Positions 28,034 to 37,493 of a stretch of 64,000 nt of DNA are shown here, piece by piece. The notes beneath the pieces are model-generated. The model made no database searches and was not told the DNA's origin. It saw only the letters and a list, made by a program, of their open reading frames with translations. The stretch spans positions 74,945 to 138,944 of the forward strand of contig DASTBI010000158.1 of the NCBI GenBank assembly GCA_035712145.1, in the 5' to 3' direction. The stretch's first letter is position 1, and each line of letters begins with the position of its first letter. Both the position numbers and the translations under genes were made by a program. Source of the stretch: Candidatus Eiseniibacteriota bacterium. Lineage in GTDB: Bacteria; Eisenbacteria; RBG-16-71-46.

Positions 28034-28549
28034 TCAGTCTCCGCCCGGCTCGCCCGCGGGATCGGGCTGCCGGTTCCGGAACAGCGCCGCCCACTCCTCG
28101 AGCTCGGCGCGGCTCAGGGATCCCGGCTTCTCGGGGTCGGCCGCGCGTTGAGGCCCGAGCACGCTGCCCACGAAGAGATCGCTGATCGCCACCGTGGCGC
28201 CCATCGCGCGCGCATGACGCGCCACCTCGAGATCCGCGGTCACCACCGTGATGCGGCGGCCACGATCGATCTCCGATTCCACCACGCTTCGGATGACGTC
28301 GTCGGCCTTCGCCGGCGGTCGCGACCAGCGCACCTGGACGCGGTCGCTCCCGGTGTGCGTCTCTCCGCCGCCGTCGGCGCCGTCGAACACCACCATGAAG
28401 CGCGCCTCGCCGGAGCCGACCGTCCACGACAGCAGATTGATGAGCTTCTCCCTCGACTCCTCGAGGGTGCGCTCGGGTCCGGGACGGAGATCGGGTGAAC
28501 GGTGGATGAGGTTGTAACCGTCGATGACGATCAGATGCCCATCGGACAT
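28034..28549 (-). CDS. NYN/PIN-like (YacP family) predicted RNA nuclease domain protein
   Basis: N-terminal LIVIDGYNLIH and VVFDG...D motif pattern of YacP/NYN proteins. Confidence 0.65.
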   Translation of the reverse strand: MSDGHLIVIDGYNLIHRSPDLRPGPERTLEESREKLINLLSWTVGSGEARFMVVFDGADGGGETHTGSDRVQVRWSRPPAKADDVIRSVVESEIDRGRRITVVTADLEVARHARAMGATVAISDLFVGSVLGPQRAADPEKPGSLSRAELEEWAALFRNRQPDPAGEPGGD

Positions 28550-28552
28550 GAC

Positions 28553-29794
28553 TTACTGCCTTCCGCCGCGAGCCGTGTGGATGATCACGCCGCCTTCGCC
28601 GACCGCCCAGCCGCGGAGCGCGTCGACGAAGAAGACGTCGTTGAGCCTCGAGGCGGTGTGACTGGCCTGCGCCTGCCACGTGACGCCGCCGTCGTCGCTC
28701 CGCAGCACCGCTCCCCCCACCATGGCATCGAAGCCCGCGGCATAGCCGATCAGATTCGTGGGGAAGCACACGCCCTCGAGCTGCCGGGTCGGCCCGGCAT
28801 TGCGCAGCTCCCACTCGACCGAGTCGGGCGTGGCGATGGTGCGCGGCGTGACGCCTTGCGTCCCGACCGCCCACGCGGTGGCCGGCCCGGTGCGCCACAC
28901 CGCCTCGAGACCCTGGATCGTCGGGGTCGGAACGATGAACCAGATGAGCCCGCGGTCGTGCGTGCCCGCGATCACGCCACCTCCGCCGACCGCCCACCCG
29001 TCGCGAGTGCCGGCGAAGGCGACTCCGCGCAGCGCGAAGGTCGTCGGCAGCCGGGTCGAGTGCCACGTGACGCCGCCGTCGAAAGTGCGGACGATGAGTC
29101 CAGAGGCCCCGACCACCCAGCCGGTATCGGGCGTGGCGAACCACACGTCATGGAAGGCATCGCCCTCCCCCACCGTGAGAATCCGGCTCCAGCTCTGCCC
29201 GCCGTCGGTCGTGTGCAACACGGTGCCCCCGTTTCCGACTGCCCACCCATCGGTTGGGGTGGTGAACCACACGCCGTTCAGGTTGAACGAGGTCCCGCTC
29301 GCCGGCCGGGTCCAGCTCGCCCCGGCGTCGTTCGTCACCACCACCGTCCCCCCCGCGCCCACCGCGACGCCGTTCCGGCCGTCCGGCTGGAAGAAGACGC
29401 TATTCAGCTCCAGCGTCGTGCCGCTGGCCTGCCGGAACCAGCCGGTATCCGGGAAAACGGTGACCCAGGCGGTGTCGCGATGGCCTCCGGCCTCGACGAA
29501 CAGCGGCGCGGTTCCTTCCGTGAGGCCCTGGACGCGTCCGGTGCTGGTGACCCCGAAGACCTGCGGGTCACCGCTGGTCCACAGAAAGCCAACGCCGTGT
29601 GCGGGATTGCCGAGCGTATCGAACGCGGTGGCGGTGAACTGGACGACCTCGCCGATTTTCAGCGTGTCGACCCCGGGGCTCACCTCCACCCGGGTAAGAG
29701 GAACACTCGGTGCTACGGGCGAGGACTTGCTGTCGCAGCCGGCGAGCGCCAGGAGGATCGCAAGCGGCAAGAGCCGGGAAAGCCACCGCATCTG
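28553..29794 (-). CDS. Lipoprotein with Big_2 (bacterial Ig-like) domain and BNR/Ycf48-like beta-propeller repeats
   Basis: Lipobox LALAGC. Big_2-like VEVSPGVDTLKIGEVVQFTA. Repeated (S/T)xDGGxSW motifs (TNDAGASW, TTDGGQSW, TFDGGVTW, SDDGGVTW). Confidence 0.7.
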   Translation of the reverse strand, partial: QMRWLSRLLPLAILLALAGCDSKSSPVAPSVPLTRVEVSPGVDTLKIGEVVQFTATAFDTLGNPAHGVGFLWTSGDPQVFGVTSTGRVQGLTEGTAPLFVEAGGHRDTAWVTVFPDTGWFRQASGTTLELNSVFFQPDGRNGVAVGAGGTVVVTNDAGASWTRPASGTSFNLNGVWFTTPTDGWAVGNGGTVLHTTDGGQSWSRILTVGEGDAFHDVWFATPDTGWVVGASGLIVRTFDGGVTWHSTRLPTTFALRGVAFAGTRDGWAVGGGGVIAGTHDRGLIWFIVPTPTIQGLEAVWRTGPATAWAVGTQGVTPRTIATPDSVEWELRNAGPTRQLEGVCFPTNLIGYAAGFDAMVGGAVLRSDDGGVTWQAQASHTASRLNDVFFVDALRGWAVGEGGVIIHTARGGRQ

Positions 29795-29908
29795 GTGGGA
29801 CATGGGCATTGATGGTAGACAACTCGACCCGCGACGCGCCAGCACGTCCCGGTCTTGTCGCCGCCGACGGCGATCGCCTAGTCTTCGCGGCTCGGAAAGG
29901 ACGGGCTT

Positions 29909-30843
29909 CGTCCATGCTGCAGGTTCGCGAAGTGGTCAAGCGGTACGACGATCGCGCCGTGGTGGATCACGTCACCTTCGAGGTCCCGGCGGGCGAGATC
30001 TTCGCTCTGCTCGGCCCGAACGGGGCCGGCAAGACCACGCTGATCCGCATGATCACCGACATCCTGCGCCCGGACTCGGGCGAAATCCTGCTCGACGGGC
30101 GCCGCGTGGACTCGCAGACCCGCCATGCCATCGCCTATCTGCCCGAAGAACGCGGACTCTATCGCCGAGCCAAGGTCATCGAAGTCGTCGGCTACTACGG
30201 GGAGCTCAAAGGCATGGCGCCGCGCGCCGCGCGCGACGAGGCTCGGCGGCTGCTCGAGCGGGTCGATCTCGCCGAGTGGGCGGACAAGCAGGTGCAGGCG
30301 CTCTCCAAGGGCATGCAGCAGAAGGTGCAGCTCTGCACCGCGCTGATCGGCGCCCCCAAGCTCCTGATCCTCGACGAGCCTTTCTCGGGGCTCGATCCCA
30401 TCAATGTCCAGCTGTTCGAATCGATCCTGGCGGAGCGGCGGGCGGCGGGAAGCACGGTGTTGCTCTCGACCCACCAGATGAACAAGGTCGAGGAGGTCTG
30501 TGACCGAGCGCTGATGATCAACCAGGGGAGGATGGTGCTGCACGGAACCGTGCGCGACATCCGGCGACGTCATGCCGATCACGCGGTCGTCCTGCACACG
30601 GAGGATGCCGTGCCGGCCCTGCCCGGAGTGCGCTCCATCGAGACCCGGAACGGCGACCACAAGCTCTTGCTCGAGCCGGACGCCACTCCGGAATCGGTGC
30701 TGCGAGCGCTGATCGATCGCAACGTGAAGATCGAATCGTTCGCGCTCGCCTCGCTGCCGCTCGAGGACGTCTTCGTGAAGGTGGTTCGCGAAGGACTGGG
30801 GCTCGACGCTGGCCGGCGGGAGCCGGCGGGAGTCTCGCATTGA
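29909..30843 (+). CDS. ABC transporter ATP-binding protein
   Basis: Walker A GPNGAGKTT, signature LSKGMQQK, Walker B LLILDEP. Confidence 0.85.
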
Positions 30844-32141
30844 GCGCTTCCCGCCAGCGGATCCTGACGGTCGCGCGCCGCGAGTTCCTCACCACGGTCA
30901 AGCGCCGCGCCTTCCTGCTGACACTCATCGGGACGCCCGCGTATTTCGCGCTCGTCACCTTCATCTCCGCCAGCGCTTCCATCCAGGAGAAGAAGGATGC
31001 GCTCAAGGATCTCGACGTGCTGGCCGTGATCGACAGCAGCGGCGCCTTCGCCGGCGCGACTCGAGAGATCCGCACCACGTTCAAGACCGGCCTTTCGTTC
31101 TCTCGCCGCCCTGCCATGGGCGTGGATTCGATCTCGTTCAAGACCGACGTGCGCTTCTATTCCAGTCTCGATTCGGCGCTGGCCGACGTGCGCGCGGGAC
31201 GGGTTCCGCAGGCGCTGGTGATCCCCTCGGACTACGTGGAGAGCGGCCGGATTCGGCGTTACACGCGGCCCAACAGCCCCTTCACGACCGGGGATCGGAG
31301 GGCCATCGGCGGCTGGCTGGCGCGCAACCTGGTGGCGTCCCGGGTGGGAGATGACATCGCGGCGCGCGTCGCGCGGCCGACCGAGGAAGAGCAGCTTCTC
31401 ACCTTGAGCCGCAGCGGACGGTTCGAGGTCAAGGACGACTCTCGCGAGGTCGCGGATTTCCTGGTGCCCATGTTCTTTTCGATGCTGCTCGGACTCTCCA
31501 TCATGATCGGCGGCCAGTACCTGCTGCAGGGAGTCTCCGAGGAGAAGGAGTCCCGAATCCTCGAGTCGTTGATGTGCCAGGTCAGCGCCGAGGAGCTGAT
31601 GACCGGGAAGTTGTTCGGGCTCGGCGCGGTCGGGCTCGTCACCGTCGGGACCTGGGTGGTGGTCGGACTCGCGGTCTCGGGGCCGGCTTTGAGCATGCTG
31701 CCGATCACCACCCAGCCCATGGTCCTCGTGGTGGCGACGCTCTACTTCCTGTTCGGCTACCTGTTCTTCGGCAGCATCATGACCGGGATCGGCGCGATCA
31801 CGAACAACATGCGCGAGGCGCAACAGTTCGCCGTGTGGTTCACCTTGGCCAACTTTGCTCCCTTCATCCTCATCACCGCCATCCTGTCGCACCCTGACGG
31901 CCCGCTCGCATTCTGGCTTTCGTTGTTCCCGCCCACGGCCAGCACCACGATGATGATGCGGCTCGGGGCCTCGAACTCCGTGGTGCCACCGTGGCAGGTG
32001 GGGCTTTCCCTGCTGCTCCTCGCCGCATCGGGGCTGCTGGCGCTGCGGATCTCCGCCCGTATCTTCCGGGTCGGCCTCCTGATGTACGGCAAGACGCCGA
32101 GCCTGCCCGAGATCATGCGCTGGGCGCGCCGGGCGGCCTGA
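30840..32141 (+). CDS. ABC-2 family transporter permease (TTG start overlapping upstream stop)
   Basis: Polytopic membrane protein with a large periplasmic loop after TM1, typical of ABC-2/NatB-like permeases. Start overlaps the ATPase stop (ATTGA). Confidence 0.7.
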   Translation: MSASRQRILTVARREFLTTVKRRAFLLTLIGTPAYFALVTFISASASIQEKKDALKDLDVLAVIDSSGAFAGATREIRTTFKTGLSFSRRPAMGVDSISFKTDVRFYSSLDSALADVRAGRVPQALVIPSDYVESGRIRRYTRPNSPFTTGDRRAIGGWLARNLVASRVGDDIAARVARPTEEEQLLTLSRSGRFEVKDDSREVADFLVPMFFSMLLGLSIMIGGQYLLQGVSEEKESRILESLMCQVSAEELMTGKLFGLGAVGLVTVGTWVVVGLAVSGPALSMLPITTQPMVLVVATLYFLFGYLFFGSIMTGIGAITNNMREAQQFAVWFTLANFAPFILITAILSHPDGPLAFWLSLFPPTASTTMMMRLGASNSVVPPWQVGLSLLLLAASGLLALRISARIFRVGLLMYGKTPSLPEIMRWARRAA

Positions 32142-32507
32142 GCGAGGCATGAGGGCGGTCGCAGCACGCCTGTGGCAAATTGCCGCGTCGTTGGGCAAAA
32201 CCCTGCCACACACCGGCATGGAAGTTTTTACTTGGTGCCCGGCACCTTTCCTTGTGACAATGATTTAGCGCTGGCGATCGCTCTCAGGAGCCTCGGAACG
32301 GTCCTTGCGGACCCTAAGTCGAGGCGCCAAAAGATCGCGTTCAACCCGGCGCCAGTCAGATCGAGAGCCCCTCGGCGTTTCCGCAAGAAAACGGGTCCTG
32401 AGAGACCCCGGCCGCCGGAGGGTCGGAGGCGCCGTCCGTGGCACGAAGGCCTCAGCGGACGCCTCCCTCTCGGGACGACGGACCAGAGCTCGTCCGTCGG
32501 TAACGGA

Positions 32508-32540
32508 ACGCCCGGTCGGTGACCGGGCGATTTCGTTTTT
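32508..32540 (+). terminator. Canonical intrinsic terminator GCCCGGTC-GGT-GACCGGGC followed by GATTTCGTTTTT
   Basis: 8-bp perfect stem, 3-nt loop and T-run, ~370 nt downstream of the permease stop with no convincing ORF in between. Confidence 0.5.
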
Positions 32541-32562
32541 GCCTACCAAAGTCCGGCAGCGA

Positions 32563-33153
32563 TCACTGCGTCGTCGGTGGGTCCGGAGATGGCTTGAGGT
32601 TCTGAGCGTCCCAGGCCGGCGGCGGCGGGAAGGTGAGGCGCGCTCCCGTCGCCTTCGCCGACGGCGGAAGGACGTCCGGGACCTTGTGCTTCACCGGCGG
32701 GATCGACTTGAGATAGGCCGCGACCGCATGCAGGTCCTCATTGGTCATCTGCGAGTACATCGGCCAGGGCATCGGCGGAAGGATGGGTGATCCGTCCTTC
32801 TTCTTGCCAGTCCTCAGCGCCTGGACGATGTCCTCCTCGCTCCAGGTCCCGAGGCCGGTCTCTTCGTCCGGAGTCAGGTTGCGCGGATACGAGACCCCCC
32901 AGGGCCCCTCCCATCCGACCTCCGTCCCGGAGAGCGTCCGCGTCGTGTCCATCTGGCCGTAGAAGGTTCCGGGAGTATGGCAATCGTTGCAGCCGGCGAT
33001 GATGGTCAGGTACCGGCCACGGGCGACCGGATCCGACGCGGCCGCCTGCGGCTGCTCGGCAGGCTGCTGCTGCTGGCTGCAGGAGATCGCGAACAAGACG
33101 AGAAAGCCAGACACGCACACCGCAAGGATTGCAGCGCTTCGAGTCCACCTCAT
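32563..33153 (-). CDS. Membrane-anchored/exported mono-haem cytochrome c
   Basis: CNDCH haem-binding motif. Hydrophobic N-terminus. RBS AGGAAGGAGG before ATG 33153. Confidence 0.75.
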   Translation of the reverse strand: MRWTRSAAILAVCVSGFLVLFAISCSQQQQPAEQPQAAASDPVARGRYLTIIAGCNDCHTPGTFYGQMDTTRTLSGTEVGWEGPWGVSYPRNLTPDEETGLGTWSEEDIVQALRTGKKKDGSPILPPMPWPMYSQMTNEDLHAVAAYLKSIPPVKHKVPDVLPPSAKATGARLTFPPPPAWDAQNLKPSPDPPTTQ

Positions 33154-33299
33154 GGGATGCACGGCCTCCTTCCTGGGTATCGGCGGCACCACTCGAGCCG
33201 CCCGCGGGGGGAGGCGGGAGAATCATCGCAACGTCTTTCGCTGTCAACGCCGAGCGCGCTTGCGACCGGAGGGCCCAAGCCGCAGAATCGGCCGCCCAT

Positions 33300-35076
33300 G
33301 CGCACGCTCCGTCTGGCCTTGGCCCAGATCAATCCCACGGTCGGTGACATCGAGGGCAACGTCCGGCGCGTGACCGAATCCATCGAGCAGGCGCGCGCGG
33401 TGGGCGCCGATCTCCTCGCCTTTCCCGAGATGGTGATCCCGGGCTACATGCCCGAGGACCTGCTGCTCAAACCGTCCTTCATCGAGCGCTCGATCGAGAG
33501 CACGCGCGCGCTGGCGCCGCTCACCCGAGGCATGACGGTGGTGGTGGGCACGGTGGAGCGCGACATCGACCTCTTCAACGCCGCGGTCGTCCTTCACGAC
33601 GGCGAATGGATCGGCAGCTATCGCAAGCGCTACCTGCCGAACTACGGCGTCTTCGACGAGAACCGCTACTTCATGGCGGCCCGTCAGACGCCGGTGTTCG
33701 TGCGGGACGGCACCGTGATCGGGGTCAGCATCTGCGAGGACATCTGGTATCCCGGCGGTCCGGTGGAGGAGCAGGTGATTCGCGGCGGCGCCGAGATCAT
33801 CCTCAATCTCTCCGCCTCGCCTTATCACGCCGGCAAGGCTCAAGCCCGGCGGCGCATGCTGTGCACTCGCGCCGCGGACAACATCGCGGTCGTCTGCTAC
33901 ATCAATCTGGTCGGAGGGCAGGACGAGATCGTGTTCGACGGCGCCAGCCTGGTCGTCGACGAGCAGGGACAGGTGCTGGCCGAAGCGGAGATGTTCGAGG
34001 AGGACTTCCTGGTCGCCGACGTCGACCTCGAAGGCGTATTCAACGCGCGCCTCCACGACCCCCGCCTTCGCAAGGAGCGGGCGCTGGATCAGGGCGATCC
34101 AACGCCCCGGCTGCAGCTTCCGACTCGCGACGCCAACGCCTCCGTGGGAGGAGGCGCCGCGATCACGGTCGCCACCGCGGTCGCCGTCAAGCCGGCGCTC
34201 GAGCGCCGCCCCGCGCCGCACGTCCGTGATCTCGTCGCCGAGATCTACGACGCGCTGGTTCTCGGCACCCGTGACTACGTGCACAAGAACCGCTTCGAAG
34301 CGGTGGTGCTGGGACTCTCCGGCGGCGTCGACTCCGCGCTGTGCGCGGGCGTCGCGTGCGACGCGGTGGGGAGCAAGCACGTGATCGGGGTCTCCATGCC
34401 TTCCCCCTTCACCTCGGGCGCCTCCAAGGAGGACGCCGAGTCGCTGGCCCGGGCGCTCGGCATGCGCTTCTACGTGCTTCCGGTGGCCGATGTCCTGCAG
34501 GCCTACCAGCGCGTGCTCGAGGCGCCGTTCAGCGGCCGCGAGCCCGACGTCACCGAGGAGAACCTGCAGGCCCGGATTCGCGGCAACTATCTGATGGCGC
34601 TCTCGAACAAGTTCGGCTGGCTGGTCCTCACCACCGGCAACAAGAGCGAACTGTCGGTCGGCTACAGCACGCTCTACGGCGACATGGCGGGGGGCTTCAG
34701 CCTGCTCAAGGACGTCTACAAGACGATGGTCTACCAGCTCGCGCTCCATCGGAACCGTCGAGCGGGCCAACCACCCATTCCCGAGCGAACCATCACTCGG
34801 CCGCCGAGCGCCGAGCTCAAGCCCGACCAGACCGACCAGGACACGCTGCCTGCCTATGACATCCTGGATCCCATCCTGCGCCTCTACGTCGAGGAGGATC
34901 GGTCGGCGCGCGAGATCGCCGAGCTGGGCTACGAGGAAACGCTGGTGCGCAAGGTGGTCTCGATGGTCGACCGCTCGGAGTACAAGCGCCGCCAGAGCCC
35001 GCCGGGAATCAAGATCACGCCCCGCGCCCTGGGCAAGGATCGCCGACTGCCCATCACCAACCGCTGGCGCCACTGA
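33300..35076 (+). CDS. nadE: Glutamine-dependent NAD+ synthetase (nitrilase + NAD synthase domains)
   Basis: N-terminal CN-hydrolase domain (LAFPEMVIPGY, C in SICEDIWYP). C-terminal SGGVDS ATP-PPase motif. Confidence 0.85.
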
Positions 35077-35081
35077 GAAAC

Positions 35082-35112
35082 GCAGAGGCCGGACCGTGGA
35101 GGCCCGGCCTCT
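35082..35112. terminator. Bidirectional hairpin CAGAGGCCGG...CCGGCCTCTG between convergent genes
   Basis: 10-bp perfect arms between the nadE stop (35076) and the minus-strand lipoprotein stop (35125). Confidence 0.45.
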
Positions 35113-35124
35113 GTAAGCGCTCGG

Positions 35125-35682
35125 TTACTGGCCGGCGTCCAGCACCAGCACCAGCGCGCCTTCGTCCACGCGGATGTTGAAGGTTCCCGCGCTGCCCGTG
35201 GTGTAGAGGGTGAACTGGCCGTCGCCCTTCACTTCGGAGAGCAGCAGGTCCTTGCCCGCCTGGTTGAAGAGGCCGGCCGATTCGTCCCAGCCGATGGTGC
35301 GCGAGGATCCAGTGGCTCCGATCGTGCCCGGTCCCCACAGCAGCGTGGCTCCCGCGGGAACCGCCGGCGCGCCGCCGGCAGGAGTGTCCAGCGTCGGAAC
35401 GATGTAGACGAGCACTCCTCCCGCGGGTCCGTTCACATTGGTGAACGTGCCGAGGATCGCGAGGTCGACCAGACCCTTCAGCTCGTCCTTGTGGTCGTTG
35501 TATTCGTCGAGCGTGCTGAGGTCGACCGGGATCCGCTCCGAATGGTCGGCGGTGGAGGAGACGATCGTGAACGGGTTCGGCAGCTCGAAGTGCGTCAGGA
35601 TCTGCGCGGACGTGATCACGCAGCCATTACCGAACAGGGCCGCGAGCAAGACGCCGCCGAGAAGCAGTCGGGACATTTTCAT
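35125..35682 (-). CDS. Lipoprotein, hypothetical
   Basis: Signal peptide with lipobox LFGNGC. Gly/Thr-rich. No known domain. Confidence 0.5.
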   Translation of the reverse strand: MKMSRLLLGGVLLAALFGNGCVITSAQILTHFELPNPFTIVSSTADHSERIPVDLSTLDEYNDHKDELKGLVDLAILGTFTNVNGPAGGVLVYIVPTLDTPAGGAPAVPAGATLLWGPGTIGATGSSRTIGWDESAGLFNQAGKDLLLSEVKGDGQFTLYTTGSAGTFNIRVDEGALVLVLDAGQ

Positions 35683-35691
35683 CGCGGTCTC

Positions 35692-36249
35692 CTAAGGCGT
35701 GCTGGGTGCGGGTGTGCTGAAAATCGTGTAGGCGGCGCCGGCGGTGATCTTTCCGAACTTCTGGGAGGTCTCGTCGGTCACGACCATGTCGAGCTCGCCG
35801 CGCAGGTTGAGGTTCAGCTTCGGCATGGGCGCGAAGCCCACTCCCAGGCCGAACGACCAGCCCATGTCGCTGATCTCCTCAGCCGACTCACGCTCGATCT
35901 TGTAGGAGCCGATGCCGGCGAAGGGGAAGAACTGAAACGACGGTTGTCCGAACGTGAATAGCACGTTGGCGCCGAAGGAGGTCAGATCACCGCCGTCGCG
36001 CGTGTAGCTGTTGCTGCCGAAGGTCTCGTCCACGTCGCCGAGCGAGGAGGACCCGTACCAGGGCTCCACCGTGAACATCGACGAGAGCTTGACCGGGACG
36101 CGCGCCCCGAATTCAGAGCCCTGCTCCGACAGGTCGTTGAGCACCGGGATGTTGACGCCGCCATAGGCGCCGACGCCGATGTCCGCCGCTGCCGCCGCAC
36201 CTGTGATCGTCACGAGCGCGAGCAGAGCGAGGGTGAGAGTCTTGTGCAT
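35692..36249 (-). CDS. Outer-membrane beta-barrel protein (OmpW/OmpA-barrel-like)
   Basis: Signal peptide. Alternating hydrophobic beta-strand pattern with C-terminal aromatic residue. Confidence 0.55.
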   Translation of the reverse strand: MHKTLTLALLALVTITGAAAAADIGVGAYGGVNIPVLNDLSEQGSEFGARVPVKLSSMFTVEPWYGSSSLGDVDETFGSNSYTRDGGDLTSFGANVLFTFGQPSFQFFPFAGIGSYKIERESAEEISDMGWSFGLGVGFAPMPKLNLNLRGELDMVVTDETSQKFGKITAGAAYTIFSTPAPSTP

Positions 36250-36375
36250 GACGACCTCCGAGTGTGAGTCGGACATGCCGCTCCCACACGGGGCGGCCTA
36301 TCGCACAACGGGGGGAACGAGGAGACTCGCCCAGCGACCGGGCCGGGTCAAGGCGGCGGCGCCGGCGAGATCGAG

Positions 36376-37062
36376 CTACTGCAGGACGCGAACGGCGGTG
36401 ACGGCCGCGCCGCAGTGCCGCGTGAGGAGGTCGGCGATGTGCTCGAGCGCCGCCGACAAATGCGCGCCCGCACGCTCCGGCGGACTGAACAGGACGACGA
36501 GCAGGTTCCTGGTCTCGGCGCTCACCGAAGTTCGCCTGGAGTCGGACGTCGGCGCCCCGAAAGGCCCGTCGTCATCGGCGAGGAGGAGCCTGCCGCTCAG
36601 ATTGACCCACTGCTTGCGAATGCCGGCGTAACCTTCGTTGTCCCGCCCCACCCTCACCCGCACCGAGCCCTTCACCAGATCGCGGTCGTAGAGACCGAGC
36701 GGCAGCTGATGCTCGAGAGAACAGAGATTGCAGACGTCCACCACGGCGTTGACTCGAGGCAGACCTTTCCCCTGCAGCACTCGGCGCAGCAATGCCTCGC
36801 TGCTCGGACGCGACTTCGTGGGGTCGATGTCGAGCCGGTGGAAGAGGGCGCGGGTCTCGGCGACGCCCGGAATATCGGCAGGCTGCTTGCCCGCGTAATG
36901 CGACGTGAGGCGCCCGATCAGACGATCACGCTCCTCGTCGAATGCAGGCGGCAATCCCTGGTTGCGCGTGCCTTCGGCTTCGAGGAGCCCGAGAGCCAGG
37001 GTTCCTCGAAGCGATTCGTCGACGATCAGCTGGAGCCCCGAGGCACGAGCTTGTAGCGGCAT
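36376..37062 (-). CDS. B3/B4 tRNA-binding domain protein
   Basis: B3/4-like pattern (ADIPGVAETRALF...NAVVDVCNLCSLEHQLPLGLYD). In-frame TGA immediately upstream of the ATG. Confidence 0.6.
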   Translation of the reverse strand: MPLQARASGLQLIVDESLRGTLALGLLEAEGTRNQGLPPAFDEERDRLIGRLTSHYAGKQPADIPGVAETRALFHRLDIDPTKSRPSSEALLRRVLQGKGLPRVNAVVDVCNLCSLEHQLPLGLYDRDLVKGSVRVRVGRDNEGYAGIRKQWVNLSGRLLLADDDGPFGAPTSDSRRTSVSAETRNLLVVLFSPPERAGAHLSAALEHIADLLTRHCGAAVTAVRVLQ

Positions 37063-37493
37063 TCAGAACCGTTCGTCAGAAACAACGCCCGAGAAGACGG
37101 CACTGCCGGCGTTGAAGATGATCCTCCAGAAACCGTCTGTCACCGCGCATCGTGCGCGGGCAGCGGTGTGGGCGGCGGGAACTCCCTTTCCGACCAACCG
37201 GTCGGACGACGCAACGGTCGCGCCGACGTTGCGGCCGAACATCATTGTTTTCGCCGCCCACCGCAGTCCGTCCGCGCGCATCGCGCGGGTCCGAGGCACT
37301 TACCCCGCCGTGGCCATCCGACCGCGGCGAGCGGAGAAGATCACGTGGCGGAACATAGCTTGATCGACGGTGAGATCAACGAAAAAATCGCAAAAAAAAT
37401 TTCTGTCGCATGCGTCGCACGCAACAGCAGTTGGAAGAAAGGTCTTGACTCGAACGATGCGTCGACCAAGAGGTGCGTGCGCGCCGCCCGGGA

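Noticed and set aside
32380-32470. TPP-riboswitch-like CUGAGA motif (ggtcctgagagaccc)
   Set aside because: Lacks the conserved ACCUGAUCUGGAUAAUGCCAGCG pyrimidine-sensing helix and surrounding stems. Just a short inverted repeat.
37063-37299. 78-aa minus-strand ORF directly upstream of, and in frame with, the B3/4-domain gene
   Set aside because: Separated from the B3/4 ATG by an in-frame TGA. No motifs. Likely non-coding.
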